DNA of 52,129 nt from Limisphaerales bacterium (GCA_044225505.1 JBGAIN010000038.1:1-52129), one strand, 5' to 3'; counted from the stretch's first letter, positions 1-10,033 are shown. Program-made: numbers and translations. Notes: generated from the letters alone by a model not told the origin.

Positions 1-305
1 TTGGCGGCCGGTTGGATGTAGAGCGCTCCCTTTTTAGAAGCGGTCGTGTCGCCGCCCAGGATGGGATTGCCGAAGAAGTTGGTCAGAGCGCCATTGCTCG
101 AGACCCGGGTGAATCCGACTCCTTCACTCTCGTCGAGTTCGCTGGCGTAATCTTCGCCTTCGACTTTCAAGTAAGACCAGGCGTTCGTGCCTGTCCCGAT
201 AATATCGCTGGCATTCTGGATGCTAGTGGTTGCGGAATGGACGTCCCTGTGGCTGATAAGACTTACCAACAGGCCGGTGAGAAGACTGAGACGGGACTTG
301 TTCAT
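1..305 (-). CDS. Secreted hypothetical protein, N-terminal part (runs off window start)
   Basis: Manual translation from ATG at 305: MNKSRLSLLTGLLVSLISHRDVHSATTSIQNASDIIGTGTNAWSYLKVEGEDY...; signal-peptide-like start, no stop before window edge; not listed in ORF track. Confidence 0.75.
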   Translation of the reverse strand, partial: MNKSRLSLLTGLLVSLISHRDVHSATTSIQNASDIIGTGTNAWSYLKVEGEDYASELDESEGVGFTRVSSNGALTNFFGNPILGGDTTASKKGALYIQPAA

Positions 306-519
306 AATAGCGTCTGCTCGGCTGCTTCTCCAAGGCATGGAAATGCCATGGTTATGGTTTGGTACACCTCGCTTACGTCACTGGCTGAAGTCGTAAGTGA
401 ACCGACTCACCGGCGGAACGTCAAGGCTTTGCTCACGTCACGAACGGACGCCATGAAACGGAAAACGACTTTCAGGAATGTTGGTCGTACGGATCTCTTT
501 AGATCCACCGTCCAGTTCT

Positions 520-1926
520 CTAACTCACGTGCGCTAAAACCTGCTTCAAATTCAATGCATACGGTGGAAGCCAACCGGGGATATTGCTCAACGGTAAGAC
601 AGACTCATCCAGCTGAATTCCAAGTTGGCCGATCATGAAATCCCGGCGCGCTTGCATGCGCGTCCACATGGCTGGATCCATGTGCTCCAGGCGGCGACGC
701 AACGGTGCGCTGGCCAGCACGATACCGTCTTCCGCATTTATGTAACAAAAGGGGCCGACCGAAATGGGAATAATATCCATCTGCAAGGCCATTCCCGAGC
801 GCAACTTCACGCCACTGCCCAGCGCAAAGGGCGAATGCACCCACTCATCCAGATGTAAGTAGTGACCAGGATTGACCGCAAACCGGAAGAGACTCGAATC
901 GCGCACGTGCTCGACAGCGTTGAATACGTCTCCGGCCGAAACGCCGACGGCCACGGTTTCATACCAGGTCTTCACGACCTGGAAATAATTGGCCGCGAAC
1001 CGAGGGTAGAATTCTCGCAGTGCCTCTGGCAGATCCCGTGGGCTGCGAGCGATGGCTCCCGCTCGGGAAGTCAGCGACCCTTGCACGCCCAGAGCGGTGG
1101 TAAAAGTATCCCCGAGCTGCGCCTGGCCAGGTCCCGGGCTGGCCAACCCTCGCTGGGCTTTAGCGCCGAAACTGATCATGCGGTGGCAGCTCAGAGGAAG
1201 GCCGCGAGAATCCAAATGCCGTTCCAGGTCATGTTCCGCAACGCCGGGTTTCAGATGACGGAGCAATTGCAGGACGCCGTTGGAACTGACGCTGGCAGCG
1301 TATTCGAACTGCGCAATTTGCTCCGGCTCATTCGTGATTCGGAGTCCATCCTGCACGTCCGTGAAAATGTCCGCCGCATTCTCGACGTGCGCGACGTGGC
1401 CGGTCAATTCGCGCAGCATGTCCGCTAAATACGCCGGCACATCGAGTGCCCGTTTCCCAGACCCCAGGAGAATGCCATCGTAACTCTTCCAGCCGACGCA
1501 GCCAACCCGTTGCTTCTTGCCAATGCCAAATTCGCGCAGGATCTCCGCGAGCGATCGGGATGCGTCGCGAGGCTGTCCCATCAAACTGAAATCCTGAAAG
1601 AGTTCCACCTTCAGCCGGAGTGCCTTGACGTCCGGGAGAAACCCCAGGCATTCGTTGCCCACCAGCAAAGTCCGTTTGCCGTCCATGGACAGGAGGAGCA
1701 GCGCCTCTTCGAACCTTGGGTCAAACCCGGTCAAATAGGCCACGTTGGCGCTGTGCTCACGGTCTGCGTAAATGACCAGAACGTCCAGATTCCTTGCCTT
1801 CATCCCGTCTTGAACTTGCAAGAGCCGTCGGCGATAAAGATTGGCAGACAGATCGGGAGGCGCGATCGGCTGCGGATTGAAGTCGGGCAAGGGCACGGAT
1901 CTTAGCACGACGGGCGATTTGTTCAT
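520..1926 (-). CDS. M24 / creatinase-prolidase-fold protein (Xaa-Pro aminopeptidase-like)
   Basis: N-terminal creatinase-type motif LDVLVIYADREHSANVAYLTGFDPRFEE; C-terminal GHYLHLDEW and INAEDGIVL. Confidence 0.75.
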   Translation of the reverse strand: MNKSPVVLRSVPLPDFNPQPIAPPDLSANLYRRRLLQVQDGMKARNLDVLVIYADREHSANVAYLTGFDPRFEEALLLLSMDGKRTLLVGNECLGFLPDVKALRLKVELFQDFSLMGQPRDASRSLAEILREFGIGKKQRVGCVGWKSYDGILLGSGKRALDVPAYLADMLRELTGHVAHVENAADIFTDVQDGLRITNEPEQIAQFEYAASVSSNGVLQLLRHLKPGVAEHDLERHLDSRGLPLSCHRMISFGAKAQRGLASPGPGQAQLGDTFTTALGVQGSLTSRAGAIARSPRDLPEALREFYPRFAANYFQVVKTWYETVAVGVSAGDVFNAVEHVRDSSLFRFAVNPGHYLHLDEWVHSPFALGSGVKLRSGMALQMDIIPISVGPFCYINAEDGIVLASAPLRRRLEHMDPAMWTRMQARRDFMIGQLGIQLDESVLPLSNIPGWLPPYALNLKQVLAHVS

Positions 1927-1990
1927 GAGCTTCTCTTGGCGGGACGTTGGATTTCAGAGAGGAAGAGCCGTTCGCAACCCTGGTCCTGTG

Positions 1991-3025
1991 CTACTTCTTG
2001 TAAAACTCGTAGGCGGTTTGCCAGCGGAACTCAGCTCCGGGCGCGATCTCGAATTCAATGAACGGCTCAATACAAAGTGGTGCCCGAATGGACCATAACG
2101 CCAAACGCGTGAGCGGCCGATCCGTTGTAATGCGCACCCCGGCTGCCCGGCTCCGGTTTTCAATGCGGATATCATGATCGGCCGCGGTGTTTCCAAAACC
2201 GCGGAACTCCAAATAAACGCGATCTTCGCCCGCAAGCGGTTTTGGGAAAGACAACGTGTTGCCGTGAATCTCCGCTCCCGTCGGATCGATCTTGGGCGCA
2301 AGCGCCAGCGGGAACGGCAGCGTGAGTCGGAAATCGGGTCCGGGTGGCTGTTGGTCGAGAAACATGAAATTGTGGTTGTACACGCTGCTTTGGATCGAGC
2401 GTTTCCCAGTGTTCCGCAGTGCGTGTTCCAGGATCAACCGCGGTTTGCCTTTCTCCAACGCCACGCGTTTCCGATAATCGTATCCGTAGCCGCTGGATTC
2501 ATCGGAGACCTGCTGCCGGAAGCTCACGGCGTCGCGAGCGGGTTCCACTACCCATGTGCCGCCATTCACCAGTTCGTAGACCCGGAACATGCTGTAATCG
2601 CGATCGTCCGGCTTACGAAGAACGCCCACGCCAATCTTTAGAAAGGTCCCGCCCGGTTGCGCCTCGTCAAAGCCCAGCCCTTTGCCCCGAGTGGAGAATT
2701 CCTCGCAGGGACCCGTGATCGCCGTGCACGGCCCCGCGACGATATCATTCCCTTCATAAACAAAATCGACGACTTTCGGATCCATCCGCTGAAACCATTG
2801 TGGAAAGAAGTTGTGCCCTTCGTAAACCAGGTCGCGGATCACGCCGGACCAATCAAAGCGTGTGCCTCGGTAAAATCCGGTTTTGGCATCAGGCAGTAAC
2901 ACCCGCGCCCGCACTAAATCGCTCGAAATCTCCGTCTCGGGGGGACTCTCTTTGGAGGGTAACAATCCGGCCATGAGCGGAACACAGGCAGCGAGGGTGA
3001 ATGTGACGGTCATAGATCCTCTCAT
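1991..3025 (-). CDS. Secreted hypothetical protein, galactose mutarotase / aldose 1-epimerase-like fold
   Basis: GFYRGTRFDWSGVI, YNHNF and CIEPF motifs; hydrophobic N-terminus after ATG 3025 or 3013 (ORF extends to 3115). Confidence 0.6.
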   Translation of the reverse strand: MRGSMTVTFTLAACVPLMAGLLPSKESPPETEISSDLVRARVLLPDAKTGFYRGTRFDWSGVIRDLVYEGHNFFPQWFQRMDPKVVDFVYEGNDIVAGPCTAITGPCEEFSTRGKGLGFDEAQPGGTFLKIGVGVLRKPDDRDYSMFRVYELVNGGTWVVEPARDAVSFRQQVSDESSGYGYDYRKRVALEKGKPRLILEHALRNTGKRSIQSSVYNHNFMFLDQQPPGPDFRLTLPFPLALAPKIDPTGAEIHGNTLSFPKPLAGEDRVYLEFRGFGNTAADHDIRIENRSRAAGVRITTDRPLTRLALWSIRAPLCIEPFIEFEIAPGAEFRWQTAYEFYKK

Positions 3026-3208
3026 ACTCCGGCTACGGCAACCTCGCCAGGATAAACCGTCCGCCCGGTTTTCCACGACTGATCTGGTAACGAAAAGGCG
3101 GCTGCAAATCGGCATTTTCGGTAAACGCTGAACTGGCTGCCACCCACTCCGGCGCTAAGACGAGTTTTGTGCGGAACCTGCGCCGGCCGTTTCTTCTTAT
3201 TCTGGTAT

Positions 3209-3640
3209 ATGCGAAAACCGGTTGGACTCTTGCGCCTTCACGTGGGTAGGTCAGTGCTAGGGATAACGCTAGCCTTGTTCTTCTGCTTGGTCCCTGTCCG
3301 AGCCGACGCACTATGGAGTATCGAGTTTCAGGGCAAAGTCTCGATGGACGGCGCTCCTTACACCGGGTTGGGCCGTTTTCTCTTCGCTCTGGTCTATGTG
3401 AATGGACCGTTCCTGATCCTGGATCCTCCGAATGCCACGCCGCGCACTCCGGTGGCCCTCCAGGTGACCGGGGGCGGTTACACCGAACGATGCGGTGTCG
3501 ATACACGGCCGATTGCTTTGAAAAAGCTCGTGGATCGCAATGGGCTGGGCATTCGCGTCTGGCTTCCCGAGTCTACGGTAACCTTCCTTGACAAGGCGAA
3601 CGGTCGTGAGAATGGTGGGGTTAATGGCGCCGTCACCTGA
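3209..3640 (+). CDS. Small secreted hypothetical protein
   Basis: Signal peptide (LGITLALFFCLVPVRA) then IEFQGKVSMDGAPYTGLGRFLFALV...IRVWL, resembling the N-terminal module of many verrucomicrobial secreted proteins; start uncertain. Confidence 0.55.
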   Translation: MRKPVGLLRLHVGRSVLGITLALFFCLVPVRADALWSIEFQGKVSMDGAPYTGLGRFLFALVYVNGPFLILDPPNATPRTPVALQVTGGGYTERCGVDTRPIALKKLVDRNGLGIRVWLPESTVTFLDKANGRENGGVNGAVT

Positions 3641-4358
3641 GCCTGGGCCTATTGATTTTCGCACGACGCATTGGAGCGTGGTGCTGTTGGCTGGCCAGGG
3701 GAACGCTCCAGGCGCCGCGTCCGCACTCGAGAAACTGTGTCGTGCGTATTGGTATCCGCTTTACGCCTTCGTGCGACGACGAGGGTATAATCCGGACGAT
3801 GCCCAGGACCTTGTTCAAGGCTATTTCGAGCAGCTCTTGACGCGGAACGATTTGACGAGTGTCCACCCGCGCAAAGGTCGGTTCCGGACTTACTTGCTAA
3901 CGACGTTAACCCACTATCTTTCCAACGAATGGGATCGGGCCCGCGCGGCGAAACGGGGCGGCGGCCGGCAATTTGTCTCCCTCGAGTCGGAAGATCCTGA
4001 GCAGCGCTACCAGTTTGAGCCGGCGGGTGGGATCATGCCAGAAACGCTGTTTGACATGGCTTGGGCGACGCAAGTGTTGGACACGGTCGTCGCTAAGTTG
4101 AAAGACGAATGTCAGTCATCGGGAAACGCCGAAAGGTTTGATGCGCTCAAAGAGTTCCTCCTCGGGGATCGCGGAGGAATGCCCTATGCCCAGATCGCCG
4201 CCAGATTGGGCATGACCGAACAAGGCATTAAATCGGCAGTGCACCGTCTTCGCCAACGGTTTCGCGAACTCTTCCGCAGCGAGATTGCCCAGACGGTGGG
4301 GACGTTCGAGGAAGTCGACGACGAGCTGCGCTACTTGATTCGCGTGATGACGGGTTGA
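3612..4358 (+). CDS. ECF-type RNA polymerase sigma-70 factor (kinase-associated PVC type)
   Basis: FRTTHWSVV, YWYPLYAFVRRRG, DAQDLVQGYF, RFRTYL and region-4 HTH YAQIAARLGMTEQGIKSAVHRLRQR; start 3612 or 3624. Confidence 0.9.
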   Translation: MVGLMAPSPEPGPIDFRTTHWSVVLLAGQGNAPGAASALEKLCRAYWYPLYAFVRRRGYNPDDAQDLVQGYFEQLLTRNDLTSVHPRKGRFRTYLLTTLTHYLSNEWDRARAAKRGGGRQFVSLESEDPEQRYQFEPAGGIMPETLFDMAWATQVLDTVVAKLKDECQSSGNAERFDALKEFLLGDRGGMPYAQIAARLGMTEQGIKSAVHRLRQRFRELFRSEIAQTVGTFEEVDDELRYLIRVMTG

Positions 4359-4431
4359 CCAGGCTCTCCGCGGACGGGAAGAGGCCAGCGTGTCTCACTG
4401 GCTCAGGAATTCTTCTGACCCGACCGGAGCT

Positions 4432-7400
4432 ATGTCCGACGACGCCACAAAATCACTCATGTCCGACTCGAGAGCTTGCCCGCAATGCGGTCAACCCATT
4501 CTGCCAAACGCGCCCAATGGGTTGTGCCGGCGATGTCTATTCCAGTCTCTCGACGCGGGCGGATTGGATGAACCTCCCCGCGACGCTGGGGACGAGATCC
4601 GTCAGCTCGGAGATTACGAGTTGGTCAAAGAACTGGCCCGCGGTGGCATGGGCGTCGTTTTCAAAGCCCGCCAGCGCAGTCTAGGCCGGTGGGTCGCGGT
4701 CAAGGTCGTCTCGGGTGGCGCCTTCGCCTTGAAAGACTTCGTCCGTCGCTTCAAGACAGAAGCGGAGGCGGCGGCGGCCCTCGACCATTCGAACATCGTT
4801 CCCATTTACGAGATTGGGGAAGCGGACGGGCAGCCCTTTTTCAGCATGAAACTGCTGGAAGGCGGGACGCTCGCTCGAAAAACCGCGCCGGACGTTACGG
4901 CCCTGGGCGTCAACGTCCGGGCCATCGTCAAGATTGCTCGCGCGGTGCATTATGCCCATCAGCGCGGGGTGCTGCATCGCGACATCAAACCCAACAACAT
5001 CCTTCTCGATGCTAACGGAGAGCCATTCCTGACGGACTTCGGCTTGGCCAAGCTGGTGGAAAACCACAGTGCCCTAACCCAGACGATCGCACTGCTGGGG
5101 ACACCCGCTTACATGGCTCCAGAACAGGCGCGGGGCGAAGCTCGCTCTCTGACCACGACCGCCGATGTTTACGGTCTGGGCGCGGTCCTTTACGAAGTAA
5201 TTACCGGGTCGCCTCCGTTCGCTGGCGGCACTTCGGTGGAAACCGTTCGCCTCGTCCTGGAGAGTGACCCCAAACGCCCCTCGGCGCTCAATCCGGTCGT
5301 TGACCGCGATCTTGAGACCGTCTGTCTGAAATGCCTGGAAAAAGATCCGAACCGTCGCTACGGATCGGCCGAAGCTGTGGCTGACGAACTCGAGCGTTGG
5401 CTTCAACAAGAGCCAATCCTTGCCCGGCGAGTCACCGCTCTGGAAAGGATGGTGAAATGGGTGCGCCGACGTCCCGCGGTTGCCACTCTTGCCGGGATCG
5501 CGGCGGCTGCTTTACTGGCGGTCTTCCTGGTCTCGTCGGTCCTCACGTGGCGCTTGCGCACCGCCCGCCGCGAAGTGCTGAACCAGGCTGAAACAAACCG
5601 GGTGACTGCAGTTCGCCTCTTGGTTTCCGAAGCGGCGCGGTCGGTGGAGGACGGCGATTATTTCAGTGCCTTGCTTCCCTTGACGGAAGCGCTGCGGCGC
5701 GAACAACCCGCGGGAGAGGGCGACACTTTACAGCGCCAGCGTCTCGGGATCCTGCTTCGCTTCTGCCCGCGGCTGGAACAGCTCTGGCTGCATGGCGGGT
5801 CGATCGTGCACGGTTCTTTGAGTCCGGATAAACGTCGGCTGGCGGTCGCCGTGAGTGATGGGACCGCGCAGGTGTGGGACCTGGAATCGGGAGCCCGCGT
5901 CGGTCCGTCGCTCGTCCACACCGCCCGTGTCGCCCAGGTCGTTCTTAGCCCCGACAACCGCCGAGTCGCCACCTTGAATCGCTGGGGCTGGGTGCAAGTT
6001 TGGGACTTGGCCTCGGGCCAGCGACTCGGTCCGCATATTCCGCATCGCATGGAATTCAATGAGCCCTTGCTCTTCGCTCCGGATGGCGGCTCGCTAGTCG
6101 TTCCAGGCCGCACCGCAGCTGCGCTCTGGCGCCTCGAACCAGAGGTCTCCCGGGGCTTCGAACTGAACGAGGCAGGAGTGGTGCATGGGGCAGGGTGGAG
6201 TTCGGATGGATCACTCCTGATCACCGGTGGAGATGATCGGATGGCCCGTCTTTGGGACGTGCGAACCGCACAGCCGACTCTCCCTCCGCTCGAACACCCT
6301 GCATTGGTCCAGTGGGCATTCTTCACTCCGAACGACCGGCACGCCGTAACCATCGCGCAAGACTGGCGGGTGCGCGTTTGGGATGCGGCCACGGCCGAGC
6401 TCGTTCGGACGACTGACCCTTTCGGCTATGTCATGAGCTCAGCGGTCAGTCCGGACAGTCGCTGGCTTGCGACAGGAGGCTTCGACGGTCTGGCGCGAAT
6501 CTGGGAGAGCACTAATACAGGGCCCCCCTTGGCCGTCCTGCGCCATCAAGGTGCGGTCGGTGCCATTCAGTTCAGCCAGGACAGTAGTTGGGTGTTAACC
6601 GGCAGCTACGACGGTACCGTTCGGCGCTGGGACCGTGCCACGGGGACGTTGCTGCCGCCCATTCTGCACCACTCTGCGGGCGTCGCGGTGACTCTGTTGG
6701 GTGCCAATGATCAAACCTTGGTCACGGCCGGATTCGGAGGTGACGCCAGGCAATGGCGCCTGCCGCCTCAGGGTGGCGCACGGACTATCGTGCCGCTGTC
6801 GGCAGCTCCGGTGCTGACGGAGTTTCGGCGGGATGCGGCCGAGTTCCTGATCGTGAGTCGGGATGGTCAGGTGCAGGCCTGGTCAGTGGCCGGGGAAGGA
6901 GGCAAAGTCTGGTCGGTCGAGCATGGTGGCGCTGCCAATGCAGCCGCCTTGAGTGCCGATGGCCAAGTCCTGGCCATCGGCGGTGAAAACGGCGAGGTGA
7001 GCCTCTGGGATCTCGCCGGGCACAATTTGCGCCTGCGCTTGCCCGCCCCGCCGTCCTGGGAAGTATGGACGCCCATGCACCAGGGCCGTCCCAGTTGGGT
7101 GGTGTTGAGCGCCGACGGTTCGCGCCTGGCGGTCGCGACGAAAAAAGGCAATGTTTTGCTCTGGCAGCTAGGTCCGACAGCCCGACTCATTGCCCAACTC
7201 CCTCATAGCGACCCGCCCTTGATTCTGGCGATGACCCGGAGCGGCCGCTGGCTGGCGACGGGCGACTTTTCCGGACAGGTCCGAATCTGGGATGGGGCAA
7301 GCGGGGATTTGGCTCGGGCATTGCCTCCGCTGGACGGGGCTTCCGGGGGCCTTCAATTTAGTCCGGATGGGAGTCACTTAGTCACGGCCGACTGGAACTA

Positions 7401-7980
7401 TTCCAACGACAGTTTGTCCGCCCGTCTTTGGGACCCCGAGACGGGCCGCGAGCTTACTCCTGCGTTGCGGCACCGCGACGGCGTCCTGACAGCTGGTTTT
7501 AGTTCGGATGGTCAATGGGTCGCCACCGGCGGCGAGGACAACCTTGCGCGGGTTTGGTCGGTGGCGAGCGGTCGACCGAGTACTCCCTTTCTGGGGCACC
7601 GCGGATTTGTAACGGCTGTTGCCTTTGATCCGGCGGGACGTTTGGTTGCAACCGCCTCGCGTGATGGCACTGCACGGGTCTGGGATGCGCATGACGGACA
7701 GCCAGTCACTCCCTCGTTGCCCCACGCGGACTCCGTTACTCAGGTAACATTCAGTCCGGACGGAAAGCTCCTGTTGACAGCTTCCGAGGATAAAACCGTT
7801 CGATTGTGGGATCTCGCTCCAATTCCGTGGCCAACCGACGATTTGGTGGCCCTGGCGGAATTACTCTCCAGTCATCATTTGGAACAGTACGGTGATCGGC
7901 CGCCTCTCTCGCTTTCCATCCTGAAACAGCACTGGGAGGGTTTGCGCACGCGTCAGCCTGACTATTGGCTACGGCGTTAG
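4432..7980 (+). CDS. Ser/Thr protein kinase with N-terminal Zn-ribbon, TM helix and WD40 beta-propellers
   Basis: CPQC..CRRC; RGGMGVV, VAVK, HRDIKPNN, DFGLAK, GTPAYMAPE; TM ATLAGIAAAALLAVFLV; many WD repeats; GGAG before ATG 4432. Confidence 0.92.
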   Translation: MSDDATKSLMSDSRACPQCGQPILPNAPNGLCRRCLFQSLDAGGLDEPPRDAGDEIRQLGDYELVKELARGGMGVVFKARQRSLGRWVAVKVVSGGAFALKDFVRRFKTEAEAAAALDHSNIVPIYEIGEADGQPFFSMKLLEGGTLARKTAPDVTALGVNVRAIVKIARAVHYAHQRGVLHRDIKPNNILLDANGEPFLTDFGLAKLVENHSALTQTIALLGTPAYMAPEQARGEARSLTTTADVYGLGAVLYEVITGSPPFAGGTSVETVRLVLESDPKRPSALNPVVDRDLETVCLKCLEKDPNRRYGSAEAVADELERWLQQEPILARRVTALERMVKWVRRRPAVATLAGIAAAALLAVFLVSSVLTWRLRTARREVLNQAETNRVTAVRLLVSEAARSVEDGDYFSALLPLTEALRREQPAGEGDTLQRQRLGILLRFCPRLEQLWLHGGSIVHGSLSPDKRRLAVAVSDGTAQVWDLESGARVGPSLVHTARVAQVVLSPDNRRVATLNRWGWVQVWDLASGQRLGPHIPHRMEFNEPLLFAPDGGSLVVPGRTAAALWRLEPEVSRGFELNEAGVVHGAGWSSDGSLLITGGDDRMARLWDVRTAQPTLPPLEHPALVQWAFFTPNDRHAVTIAQDWRVRVWDAATAELVRTTDPFGYVMSSAVSPDSRWLATGGFDGLARIWESTNTGPPLAVLRHQGAVGAIQFSQDSSWVLTGSYDGTVRRWDRATGTLLPPILHHSAGVAVTLLGANDQTLVTAGFGGDARQWRLPPQGGARTIVPLSAAPVLTEFRRDAAEFLIVSRDGQVQAWSVAGEGGKVWSVEHGGAANAAALSADGQVLAIGGENGEVSLWDLAGHNLRLRLPAPPSWEVWTPMHQGRPSWVVLSADGSRLAVATKKGNVLLWQLGPTARLIAQLPHSDPPLILAMTRSGRWLATGDFSGQVRIWDGASGDLARALPPLDGASGGLQFSPDGSHLVTADWNYSNDSLSARLWDPETGRELTPALRHRDGVLTAGFSSDGQWVATGGEDNLARVWSVASGRPSTPFLGHRGFVTAVAFDPAGRLVATASRDGTARVWDAHDGQPVTPSLPHADSVTQVTFSPDGKLLLTASEDKTVRLWDLAPIPWPTDDLVALAELLSSHHLEQYGDRPPLSLSILKQHWEGLRTRQPDYWLRR

Positions 7981-8177
7981 GCATCACGGCAGCCATAGCT
8001 TGGCAGAAGATTGCAGAAGATGGAAAATTCCTCTTGCTTTCACCTGGGGTCCGAGAGATAAGCCTTACTTGATACCATGAGAGGTTGGCGCGTCGCGTCG
8101 CGTCATTTAGTCAGTTTCAGGGTTAAACGTCGCTACAACGATGGCTTAGGCATATTACATCCTTCCAAAGGTGCTCC

Positions 8178-9824
8178 ATGAACAAACCAATCCAGAACTC
8201 ACTCCGCCGCTTTGGCATCTCCAATTGCCTTAGTTTGCCGTGTCTTGCTCTTCTGATCTGCGGACTACCTGAATGCGCATTGCAGGTGAAAGCCGATCGG
8301 GCGAAGCCGGACGATACCAAGACCCAATTTGCTACCTTGCTTACCACCGCGCCGGAAATCGACGGCGTTATCAATACCGACGAATGGGCGGGCGCGAACG
8401 GAGCGACCGGCAATTGGCGTCTCTCCTTCGACGCCAACCAAACCAACATGCTGCGCGGCGGCACTCTGCTCTTTGGACCAGATTTGGTCGAGGCAGCCGA
8501 TCTCGGGGCTCAGATCTATGCCGGGTACGACAGCCAGTATCTCTACATCGCGGTCCGGGTGACGGATAGCGTTCCGTTCGACGACAGTGTTACCGCTGAG
8601 ACCTCGGGCGGAAAGGTCGAGGAGGACGATAGCGTGGAGCTCTATATCGATCCGCTGAATGCGAACGCCGAATCTGCAACGTCCGGGTCGCCCGGCGGAC
8701 GCTATGCCATCTCCATCAATAATGCCTATGCCGGTGCTCAAACCTCCGCCTATGGCGCCGATAAATCCTGGTATGCGCGCGCGACCAAAGCCGATACAGG
8801 CGCGAGTTACGACGTGGAATTCCGCATCGCGTTAAGTTCGCTGAGTGATCCGAAGTTCGGTGATGTCGTCGGGTTCACGGTCGTCATTAATGATGACAAG
8901 TCGGGAGGGGCTGTTGACAAAACGGTCGATCGCCAGATCTCCTGGGTGGGGACCCCCGATAAACCAGTCTCCTACGGAAATCTGATTCTCGGCCACAAAG
9001 CCTATTCGGCACCGCTCGTGACCAAGGCTCCGACCATCGACGGCAAGATCAGCGCGAGCGAGTATGACCCCGCCGTGATCATCCCCATCAATCTTAGGAC
9101 CGGACAGACGCAGACCAGCGCTGGCGTCGATGCCTGGCCAGTCGGCACCTTCGAAGCCAACGCTTGGGCGGTGCACGATGCTACCGCCGTCTATGTCGCT
9201 GTGGACGTCATTGATGCCAACGTGGTGACAGACACCGCGGAGGCGGGTTCCGAAGATGGAACCACGTGGGAAGACGATAGTGTCGAAGTCTTTTTCGACG
9301 CGGACCTGGGTAAGAACCATGGAGGGCCGACCGTCGATTTTGAGGGGCAGTATGTCCTCACGGCCAATGGTGCTCACCGGGATAATGAAGCGCGCAATCC
9401 TGTCTTTGGCGAAGATGGCGATTGGTTTGGAGCCACAACCGTGACGACCAAAGGGTATCAAATCGAATTCAAGGTCAAGAAGTCGGCGCTGCTCAATCCC
9501 ACCAACGGGGTCGTGATGGGCTTCAACATTGCACTCAATAATGATAATGGCGCGGGTCGTGTGGCCCAACTCTCGTGGAATGGTGACCCGCACCAGGAGT
9601 ATACTTACGGAGAGTTGACCTTGGCGAACGCAGCTGCGGCCGAAGTGAAGGTCACTCAATGGCAGCGCAATGCGGACGGTTCTTACACCATCGCGTGGAG
9701 CGGAGGAGGCACGCTGCAAACGGCCACCAGTGTTGTCGGGCCGTGGACCGACGTTGCGTCTGCTACAAGTCCCTACACGTTCAAACCTGCGGATACCGTC
9801 CAATTCCAAAGAATCAAACGTTGA
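8178..9824 (+). CDS. Secreted protein with two CBM9/DOMON-like sugar-binding domains
   Basis: Two copies of APxIDG...YIAVxVxD...DDSVE(L/V)(Y/F)xD...Y.VEF...GF..ND; C-terminal tail WSGGGTLQTATSVVGPW...FQRIKR. Confidence 0.8.
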   Translation: MNKPIQNSLRRFGISNCLSLPCLALLICGLPECALQVKADRAKPDDTKTQFATLLTTAPEIDGVINTDEWAGANGATGNWRLSFDANQTNMLRGGTLLFGPDLVEAADLGAQIYAGYDSQYLYIAVRVTDSVPFDDSVTAETSGGKVEEDDSVELYIDPLNANAESATSGSPGGRYAISINNAYAGAQTSAYGADKSWYARATKADTGASYDVEFRIALSSLSDPKFGDVVGFTVVINDDKSGGAVDKTVDRQISWVGTPDKPVSYGNLILGHKAYSAPLVTKAPTIDGKISASEYDPAVIIPINLRTGQTQTSAGVDAWPVGTFEANAWAVHDATAVYVAVDVIDANVVTDTAEAGSEDGTTWEDDSVEVFFDADLGKNHGGPTVDFEGQYVLTANGAHRDNEARNPVFGEDGDWFGATTVTTKGYQIEFKVKKSALLNPTNGVVMGFNIALNNDNGAGRVAQLSWNGDPHQEYTYGELTLANAAAAEVKVTQWQRNADGSYTIAWSGGGTLQTATSVVGPWTDVASATSPYTFKPADTVQFQRIKR

Positions 9825-9922
9825 TCGCACCTCAAGGGAGGTGCGGGAACCGCGGAGTCGAGGATCATTCGACTTTCGCGGTCCAGCGAAGCATTCGGCT
9901 TCGCCCTTCCCGCAATGTCAAA

Positions 9923-9962
9923 GACAGGCACCGACAAGTGAATGTCGGTGCCTGTCCTTTTT
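9923..9962 (+). terminator. Intrinsic terminator
   Basis: 14-bp perfect stem GACAGGCACCGACA / TGTCGGTGCCTGTC, 6-nt loop, followed by CTTTTT, 100 nt after the stop at 9824. Confidence 0.7.
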
Positions 9963-10033
9963 AAGGGCGCGGCCGGATTCGCCGGATCGGCCGCAGAGAC
10001 CGCGACGATTCCTGACACTCTCGACCTCGCCGG

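Noticed and set aside
12..638. 208-aa + strand ORF
   Set aside because: Antisense shadow of the minus-strand gene at 1-305; it also overlaps the M24 gene end.
8002..8021. Direct repeat GCAGAAGAT x2 upstream of the CBM9-like gene
   Set aside because: Only two 9-bp copies; insufficient evidence for function.
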